Virus record (IMG/VR): IMGVR_UViG_3300043446_000267
Span: 1 to 54,404 of that record
Source of the DNA: a virus
Taxonomy: Duplodnaviria > Caudoviricetes
DNA: 54,404 nucleotides
Direction: 5' to 3' (one strand)
The notes beneath the pieces are model-generated. The model ran no database searches, was not told the origin of the DNA, and was given only the letters and a program-made list of their open reading frames with translations. The position numbers were made by a program, and so were the translations under genes. Positions 40,859-47,212 of the stretch are shown here, in pieces (the first letter of the stretch is position 1; the number at the start of each line of letters is the position of its first letter).

Positions 40859-40873
40859 TTTTTACCGTTTCTC

Positions 40874-40902
40874 TTGCATTTTTGAAACGAAAGTATTACA
40901 AT
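40874..40902 (+). promoter_or_regulatory. Sigma70-type promoter for gp55
   Basis: TTGCAT-17 bp-TACAAT upstream of GGAG SD and ATG 40928. Confidence 0.65.
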
Positions 40903-40927
40903 ATTCTCATTATAACAACGGAGAAAT

Positions 40928-41821
40928 ATGAGCCTCATACCTATAAAAAAACCAGTAAACTATCTTAACAACAAAGATATTTTAAAAGAGATTCACACAA
41001 GCAAAAACGCATATTGTTCATTTAAGGATCCTGAAACGGATCACCGTTATGACTTTATCGTTGATATGCCAACAGAATCTATCAAAAATAGTCTAGAATT
41101 TGCATACAAACCTGAAGTGATACAGCAAGCAAAAGAAACTAGAGCCACAAGATTATCACAAGAAACAGGCACAAAAGTTGACCCAGAAACAATCAAAGAC
41201 ACGGATTTAGTTTTTAGAGTTATGACTTGGGAACACATTCCAGTCGCCCCGAAAGCACCCAGAAAAGTAGATAAGAAGAAAACTGCAAAAGATATTTTTG
41301 AGTTTGAGGACGATTCCGAAGAGTTTGCAGATTTGGAAGATAATACTACCAAAGGCGAAATTGATGACATGGTGCATGTCAAAGTTAATTTCCCACCATT
41401 CCAACATTTTAAGTTAACAAAAACAGGTACATTCAAGTGTGTGGGTAAGAGTCATTGGATCGGTGATTTAAAAACTGGCGAATTCAGCAAGGATCACGGA
41501 AACATCACTAACAAATTAGCACGTATGTACATTATGATGTGTGAGAAATATGCTATGAAATTTAACTGGCGTGGATACACATACAATGATGAGATGCGTA
41601 ACAGTGCCATTCTACAGTTAACTTATGTTGGTTTGCGTTTCAATGAAGCCAAAAGTGCTAACCCATTCGCTTACTACACCGCAGCTATTACTAATAGTTT
41701 CTGCCGTGTATTGAACTCAGAAAAGCGTAACCAAAACATTCGTGATGATATCTTAGAAATGAATGGTCTCAACCCATCATGGACTCGACAGGGCACATCG
41801 AGCACTACATACGAAGAATGA
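40928..41821 (+). CDS. gp55: Late-transcription sigma factor, T4 gp55-like
   Basis: NYLNNKDIL.EI, KFNWRGYTYNDEM, FNEAKSANPFAYYT.AI.NSF.R.LN.EKR.Q.IRD; immediately upstream of gp47/gp46 as in T4-like phages. Confidence 0.88.
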   Translation: MSLIPIKKPVNYLNNKDILKEIHTSKNAYCSFKDPETDHRYDFIVDMPTESIKNSLEFAYKPEVIQQAKETRATRLSQETGTKVDPETIKDTDLVFRVMTWEHIPVAPKAPRKVDKKKTAKDIFEFEDDSEEFADLEDNTTKGEIDDMVHVKVNFPPFQHFKLTKTGTFKCVGKSHWIGDLKTGEFSKDHGNITNKLARMYIMMCEKYAMKFNWRGYTYNDEMRNSAILQLTYVGLRFNEAKSANPFAYYTAAITNSFCRVLNSEKRNQNIRDDILEMNGLNPSWTRQGTSSTTYEE

Positions 41822-41834
41822 TTCACCAAATCAT

Positions 41835-41863
41835 TTGTATTTTAGCGTAAAGTTTTATATACT
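41835..41863 (+). promoter_or_regulatory. Sigma70-type promoter for gp47 (likely leaderless transcript)
   Basis: TTGTAT-17 bp-TATACT ending 6 nt before ATG 41870; no SD. Confidence 0.65.
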
Positions 41864-41869
41864 AACTAC

Positions 41870-42883
41870 ATGAGTAACCTTTTTAAGAAGGCTGCTGTCT
41901 TTACCGATATTCATTTCGGTATGAAGTCAAACAGCCTACAACACAACCAAGACTGTGCCAATTTTGTAGATTGGTTTATACAAGAAGCAAAGAAAGAAAA
42001 CTGTGAAACCTGTTTCTTTTTAGGTGATTGGAATCATCATCGTGCAACTATAAATATTCATACACTGCAATTTGGTTTGCAGGCATTGGAGAAACTTAGT
42101 GCCGCGTTTGATGTTGTATATTTTATTCCCGGTAATCACGACCTGTATTATCGTGACCGCCGTGACATACATTCTGTTGAATGGGCCAAGCATCTACCGA
42201 ACGTTAAAATTGTTAACGACTTCTTCAAACAAGGTGATGTAGTAATTGCCCCTTGGTTGGTGCAAGAAGATTACAAAAAAATCAAAACAATGTCCAGCAA
42301 ATATCTGTTTGGGCATTTTGAACTACCACACTTTCATATGAATGCAATGGTTGAGATGCCGGATCACGGTGAACTCAATTCAGAGCACGTTACTGGATTC
42401 GATAAAGTATTCAGTGGTCATTTTCACAAACGCCAAGCAAAGAAAAACATTTGGTACATTGGCAATGCGTTCCCCCACAACTTTGCCGATGCAGGCGATG
42501 ATGCTCGTGGTATGATGATACTAGAGTGGGGCGAAGAACCAGTCTTTAGAAGTTGGGACGCTCAACCGAAATTTAGAATTCATAAACTTAGTGATGTGTT
42601 AGAGAATCCATCCGGTTTGCTTGTGAAAGATAGTCACGTTCGTGTACACTTAGATATTGATATTAGTTATGAGGAAGCAACTTTCTTAAAAGAAACTTGG
42701 ATTCCAGAACATAAATTACGTGAAATGTCGTTGATACCCATGAAAGTAGAACAAGTTCAAACTCAAGGTCCTGATGGTTTGAAGTTTGAGTCAGTAGACC
42801 AAATCGTCATCGACCAAATTAACTCAATTGAATCTAATTCATTTGACAAAAAAATTCTATTAGAAATCTATAACAATCTATGA
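41870..42883 (+). CDS. gp47: Recombination endonuclease subunit, gp47/Mre11/SbcD-like
   Basis: Metallophosphoesterase motifs DIHFG, GDW.H, GNHD, GHF, SGHFH. Confidence 0.93.
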   Translation: MSNLFKKAAVFTDIHFGMKSNSLQHNQDCANFVDWFIQEAKKENCETCFFLGDWNHHRATINIHTLQFGLQALEKLSAAFDVVYFIPGNHDLYYRDRRDIHSVEWAKHLPNVKIVNDFFKQGDVVIAPWLVQEDYKKIKTMSSKYLFGHFELPHFHMNAMVEMPDHGELNSEHVTGFDKVFSGHFHKRQAKKNIWYIGNAFPHNFADAGDDARGMMILEWGEEPVFRSWDAQPKFRIHKLSDVLENPSGLLVKDSHVRVHLDIDISYEEATFLKETWIPEHKLREMSLIPMKVEQVQTQGPDGLKFESVDQIVIDQINSIESNSFDKKILLEIYNNL

Positions 42884-44952
42884 TCCAATTAAAGAACATT
42901 ACCCTTCGCAACTTTCTATCTATTGGTGCAGTAACACAAGCAGTATCATTTGACAAACAAGACTTAACACTAATTCTAGGTGAAAACTTAGATTTGGGTG
43001 GTGATGGTGCTCGTAACGGTACTGGCAAAACTACATTGATTCAAGGGTTATGTTATGCTTTGTTCGGTAATCCTATCAATGACATTCGTAAAGATAACTT
43101 AGTTAACCGCACGAATGCAAAAGGGATGCTAGTTACATTAGAGTTTAGTGTAAATGGTAAAGAATACAAGATTGAGCGTGGTCGTAAGCCTAACATTTTA
43201 AAGTTTTATGTAGATAATGAACTACAGAAACAAGAAGATACTGCACAAGGTGAGAACAAGGAAACACAAGCAGAAATTGAAAAAGTTATTCACATGTCAC
43301 GTGACATGTTTACTCATATTGTGGGTTTGAATACATACACTCAGCCTTTCCTTGCGTTGAAAAACAATGAACAACGTGAGATTATCGAACAACTATTGGG
43401 TATTACTTTGCTTTCAGAAAAAGCAGAAGGTATCAAAGACTTGATGAAGTCAGTAAAAGATGATATCTCACAAGAAGAATTCAAAGTCAAAGCCATCGAA
43501 GAAGCTAATAAACGGGTCAAAGAACAGATTGATAGCTTAAAGCGCCGTAGCGGACTATGGCAAAGTAAACATGACAGTGATTTAGCGTATCTTGCAGGTT
43601 TGTATGAAGACTTGGCTAAGATTGATATCGGTGGTGAATTAATTGCACACAAAGAACTTTCAATTTGGAATGAGCATAAGAAACAAAAAGATACCTATGA
43701 TGCATTAGTTGCTCGTCAGATTGCTTGGCAACAAAAGCAAGACTCTGATATCAAAAAATTAGAGAATGATGCAATTAAGTTGAGTAAGATTGATATTGTG
43801 GCTGAGATTCAAGCACATCACCAACTTGCAGAACACATCACCAGAAAAGCAAACTTAGAACAACGTGATAAGGAATTGGATCGTCTTACTAAAGACATTG
43901 ACAAAGAAGATAAACTAATCAAAAAACTAGAACTTGAAGTTGAGAAGTTGAAAGCTCACACTTGTTATGCTTGCGGTCAAGATTTCCATGATGATGCACA
44001 TAAGGAAGTGTTAGACAGCAAGCAAGATATGTTACTTGAAGCACGGGCTCATGCTACATCACTATTGAATCAGTGGAATGAGTTACGCAGTGTTGAAATC
44101 TTTGTTCCAGAAAAGCCAAAAACACATTACAAAACAGAAGCAGAAGCAATTCGACATGGTGGCGACTTAGAAAACATTCGCACAAAGATTTTAGAAAAAG
44201 AAAAAGAAGTCGATCCATACTGTGAACAACTTAAAGAAATGAAGGAAATTTCATTGGGTCCTCAACCTAAAACGCACTACGATACCGAAGCACAAGCAGT
44301 TGAACATCGTAGTAAAGTTGCTAATTTAGAAACACAGATGGAAGCAAAGCTCAATGAAACTAACCCTTACACTGAACAAATCAGTGAAATGGAAAGTCAG
44401 GCTTTGCAAGAGATTAACTTTGACAGGATTAACGTATTGACAAAGAAGATGGAACATCAAAAGTTCTTACTTGATTTGTTAACTAGTAAAGACAGTTTTG
44501 TTCGTAAGAAGATTATCGACCAAAACTTGAGTTATCTGAACGCACGACTAACTCATTACCTTGATAAAATAGGATTGCCGCACAATGTCATCTTTAAGAA
44601 CGACTTGAGTGTAGAGATTACAGAATTGGGTCGTGAACTCGACTTTGATAATCTGTCACGCGGTGAACGAAACAGATTGATTCTTGGTTTGAGTTTTGCT
44701 TTCCGTGATGTTTGGGAGAACTTGTATGTTCCTATCAATACGTTATTCATTGATGAATTGATTGATTCAGGATTAGACACAATCGGTGTTGAAAACTCTA
44801 TTGCCATCCTGAAAGACATGTCACGTACTAGAAACAAGAGCATTTGGCTTGTTTCACACAGAGAAGAACTAGCTGGTAGAGTTCCTAGCGTACTAAAAGT
44901 AGTCAAAGAGAATGGTTTTACTAACTATGCGACTTCAACGGATATAGAATAA
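42880..44952 (+). CDS. gp46: Recombination ATPase subunit, gp46/Rad50/SbcC-like
   Basis: NFLSIG, Walker A NGTGKTT, coiled coils with CYAC zinc hook, signature LSRGE, Walker B LFIDE, VSH switch. Confidence 0.93.
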   Translation: MIQLKNITLRNFLSIGAVTQAVSFDKQDLTLILGENLDLGGDGARNGTGKTTLIQGLCYALFGNPINDIRKDNLVNRTNAKGMLVTLEFSVNGKEYKIERGRKPNILKFYVDNELQKQEDTAQGENKETQAEIEKVIHMSRDMFTHIVGLNTYTQPFLALKNNEQREIIEQLLGITLLSEKAEGIKDLMKSVKDDISQEEFKVKAIEEANKRVKEQIDSLKRRSGLWQSKHDSDLAYLAGLYEDLAKIDIGGELIAHKELSIWNEHKKQKDTYDALVARQIAWQQKQDSDIKKLENDAIKLSKIDIVAEIQAHHQLAEHITRKANLEQRDKELDRLTKDIDKEDKLIKKLELEVEKLKAHTCYACGQDFHDDAHKEVLDSKQDMLLEARAHATSLLNQWNELRSVEIFVPEKPKTHYKTEAEAIRHGGDLENIRTKILEKEKEVDPYCEQLKEMKEISLGPQPKTHYDTEAQAVEHRSKVANLETQMEAKLNETNPYTEQISEMESQALQEINFDRINVLTKKMEHQKFLLDLLTSKDSFVRKKIIDQNLSYLNARLTHYLDKIGLPHNVIFKNDLSVEITELGRELDFDNLSRGERNRLILGLSFAFRDVWENLYVPINTLFIDELIDSGLDTIGVENSIAILKDMSRTRNKSIWLVSHREELAGRVPSVLKVVKENGFTNYATSTDIE

Positions 44953-44973
44953 TATTCAGGTACAGTTTTTAAG

Positions 44974-44981
44974 CATAAGTA
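44974..44981 (+). promoter_or_regulatory. Putative late promoter variant CATAAGTA
   Basis: 5 nt upstream of resolvase ATG, same spacing as the TAAATA boxes at 50028 and 51805. Confidence 0.5.
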
Positions 44982-44986
44982 TTATC

Positions 44987-45523
44987 ATGCCAAGTCCACA
45001 AAAAGCAAAAGGTTCAGGCTACGAACGTGACGTAGCTAAGTTTCTATCAGAATTATACGGAGAATCGTTCATTCGTGCTCCTGGTTCTGGTGCTTATGTG
45101 GGTGGCAAGAATCAAGCCAGAACTCAATTCTTGCACGAAGGACAGATTCGCTCTTTCAAGGGTGACATTGTTCCAGGAGAGAGTTTCAGCAAAATGAACG
45201 CAGAATGTAAATTCTACAAAGATTTCCCGTTTCACTTACTGCTTACAGGAAAATGCGCTCAACTTGATTCGTGGCTCGACCAACTCTTAGACGTTGAAGA
45301 TGACGGCGACTTAAACATTCTTTTTATGAAGTTTAATCGTATTGGTCAGTTTATCGCTGTACAGCCTAAACTAACATGGGTGATGGATAACTATACATTC
45401 TATGCTAGTAAAGATTACGGCGATTGGCTCATCACAGAGAAGGATGGCTTTTTCAAAAACAACAAAGAATTAGTAAAACAATATTCTAGCAAATTAGACA
45501 CCACGTCAATAAACCAAACTTAA
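44987..45523 (+). CDS. PD-(D/E)xK nuclease, Holliday junction resolvase (Hjc-like)
   Basis: KAKGSGYERDVA (KG..ER), SGA, GDIV, ECK catalytic motifs. Confidence 0.8.
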   Translation: MPSPQKAKGSGYERDVAKFLSELYGESFIRAPGSGAYVGGKNQARTQFLHEGQIRSFKGDIVPGESFSKMNAECKFYKDFPFHLLLTGKCAQLDSWLDQLLDVEDDGDLNILFMKFNRIGQFIAVQPKLTWVMDNYTFYASKDYGDWLITEKDGFFKNNKELVKQYSSKLDTTSINQT

Positions 45524-45543
45524 TACAGAACCCTAACACATAT

Positions 45544-45890
45544 TGTAGTCAGAGTTTGTCTGACCTCCTTGAGATTGTACAGATTGTGCTGTGCCGTCAG
45601 ATTCTGGAGTATCACACGCTGCGAAGCGTGGGAAAACCGAGTGGGCAATCTTTCTAGGGAACCCACAATGAGTCTATGCCGTACTCTATCTTGAAGGCAT
45701 AGAACATGCGTTGCCGAGCGAAGCATATCCGAGCGAGATATGATAAGTTCAACTACAGACCATAAACTTTAAAGGGCAACCGGTAGCGTTTAGTAGCATC
45801 AGGAGCTGATTAAACGGGTACAGATAGCAAAGGATGACGGGCATGGCAAATGACCTTAACCATTGGTAGTGCTGAATAGCACTACCATGG
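45544..45890 (+). ncRNA. Candidate large structured non-coding RNA of unknown family
   Basis: Non-coding, visibly GC-richer interval with ten or more mutually compatible helices found by eye, including a long-range helix 45587-45605/45831-45848 with G-U pairs, a GCGA (GNRA) tetraloop stem and a 10-bp terminal hairpin. Confidence 0.55.
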
Positions 45891-45965
45891 CTTCAAAGCG
45901 GCAATGATATTCTTTCTCCTAACATAACAATAAAATATAGTCCGATACAAAAAAGTTTAACACAG

Positions 45966-46030
45966 TAACCGAACTTAACTTCTGAGCGAAGCGAAGAATT
46001 AAGTGAAGGTTAGATGAACGAAGTTCATCT
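45966..46030 (+). other. Tandem GA-mismatch/GAA-triloop hairpins (ssDNA-type structure or terminator region)
   Basis: TAACC-GA-ACTTAA-C-TTCT-GA-GC(GAA)GC-GA-AGAA-TTAAGT-GAA-GGTTA, then AGATGAAC(GAA)GTTCATCT. Confidence 0.55.
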
Positions 46031-46102
46031 TTAATACTAGAATGTGTTTTAGAATAATGGATAGTAACGGATGTATGACCAAACAATAAAAAGAAAATAC
46101 CA

Positions 46103-46339
46103 TTAAAAGAATGGTAGATTCGATTTCTTTGTGGTCTCTATATTTTCATCGGCTAATTCATTTATGAGGTTTCTTTCTGATGCCGACATATTCATAACAT
46201 CAACGTATGTGGCTCCGCCCCTCATATGCCAACTGAGTCTTAGTGCGGATCGTTTGATATCATTGGCTTCTTTTTCCAATTGTTCCAATAGCTTAGGGAT
46301 CCCGCTATTGTCTAATTGTAGAAGCCTTATTCGAAAAAA
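46103..46339 (-). CDS. gp51-like baseplate/tail assembly protein, probably expressed as a -1 frameshift extension of the gp26-like gene
   Basis: Frame is open from the slippery site at 46339 (TGA immediately before it) to stop 46103; LSWHMRGGATY.D.MNMS..ER..I resembles gp51; no ATG/SD start (track used TTG 46288). Confidence 0.7.
   Translation of the reverse strand, partial: FFRIRLLQLDNSGIPKLLEQLEKEANDIKRSALRLSWHMRGGATYVDVMNMSASERNLINELADENIETTKKSNLPFF
46265..46339 (-). promoter_or_regulatory. Programmed -1 ribosomal frameshift signal
   Basis: Slippery heptamer T TTT TTC (46339-46333), 6-nt spacer GAATAA, stem-loop GGCTTCT/AGAAGCC + CAATT/AATTG + CAATAGC/GCTATTG (46326-46265). Confidence 0.7.
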
Positions 46340-47154
46340 TCAGATACATTCAATGTGAATGGCTGTTCATATTCATGTTGGCAGTGAACGCATGTAATTT
46401 TCAATGGTTTGATTTCACTAGTTTCACGCAAAGAAATAACATGGTTACGTAGTGTATCAAACACTTTCTTGTCACAATTCTTCAAGTAATCTAAAATGTG
46501 ATTGGAATCATCTACTGTAATTTCTGGTGTTTTAACTTCTCTGATTCCTTTAGCTACTACCCTAAAGCTCAATTCATTCACTTTTCCTAATACTCTGCTA
46601 GTAGCTTCATTTTGTTCATCTACATCTTCAATAGAACGAGCATTAATCATTTCTCTTTGGACTTCAAATTGAGCCATGTTACCTTCGTTAATCTCACTCA
46701 ATGATAGTGGGCGGAATGTAAAAGATAAGTCTCCGACAAACAACTCTTTATCGTAATCTCCGGGTTTGATGGATGCTAACAAACCCATTAAGTTCAACCC
46801 AAACTTGTTTGTTTCTTTACAGCTAACACAGTCTGATTCGATATCCATTTCACTACCAACACTTGCGGCTCTAATAGCAATCAACACTGCGTCTAAATCA
46901 ATACTGTTTAGTTTGTCGGGATTAATGATGTTTGGAACACAGCTACGAATGATTTCAACTACGGCTGATCCGTTGAACAATGCATCAGGTGTTTTTGCAG
47001 TTACTTCATCAATAGCTGTCATAGGATAGATGGGTAATTCACCATTATCTGGAATTCTTACGGTCATTTCATCATAGAACTGTCCTCCGCTTGGTAGCTT
47101 TAAGTACATTGCAGGTCTACGGAAATATTGCTTTAGTGGGTTTATATCGTTCAT
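46327..47154 (-). CDS. gp26: Baseplate hub assembly protein, T4 gp26-like
   Basis: NPLKQYFRRP..YLKLPSGG, PMTAIDE...KTPDAL.NG, D.DA.LIAIRAAS.G, two CxxC pairs (CVSC, CVHC), C-terminal DFF. Confidence 0.8.
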   Translation of the reverse strand: MNDINPLKQYFRRPAMYLKLPSGGQFYDEMTVRIPDNGELPIYPMTAIDEVTAKTPDALFNGSAVVEIIRSCVPNIINPDKLNSIDLDAVLIAIRAASVGSEMDIESDCVSCKETNKFGLNLMGLLASIKPGDYDKELFVGDLSFTFRPLSLSEINEGNMAQFEVQREMINARSIEDVDEQNEATSRVLGKVNELSFRVVAKGIREVKTPEITVDDSNHILDYLKNCDKKVFDTLRNHVISLRETSEIKPLKITCVHCQHEYEQPFTLNVSDFFE

Positions 47155-47182
47155 TTGTTCTCCAAAACGTATTTTTTTAGGT

Positions 47183-47203
47183 CATAAATACTACATATTT
47201 ATT
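47183..47203. promoter_or_regulatory. Overlapping divergent late promoters (CATAAATA on +, AATAAATA on -)
   Basis: In the 58-bp gap between gp26 and the tape measure gene. Confidence 0.6.
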
Positions 47204-47212
47204 TGGTGAAAT

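Noticed and set aside
45520-45726. 68-aa minus-strand ORF in the non-coding gap
   Set aside because: No SD, no recognisable motif, atypical composition, antisense to the structured element.
45745-45944. Group I intron-like words GTTCAACTACAGACCATA (R-like) and AAAATATAGTCCG (S-like)
   Set aside because: P7 would need a C-A mismatch (GACCA/TAGTC), the J8/7 distance would be about 40 nt, the R-like word is enclosed by another stem, and no interrupted gene flanks it. An Infernal RF00028 search would settle it.
45524-46102. tRNA, tmRNA, RNase P RNA or CRISPR array in the gap
   Set aside because: No cloverleaf/TTCGA arm, no tmRNA termini, no GAGGAAAGTCC motif, no regularly spaced repeats.
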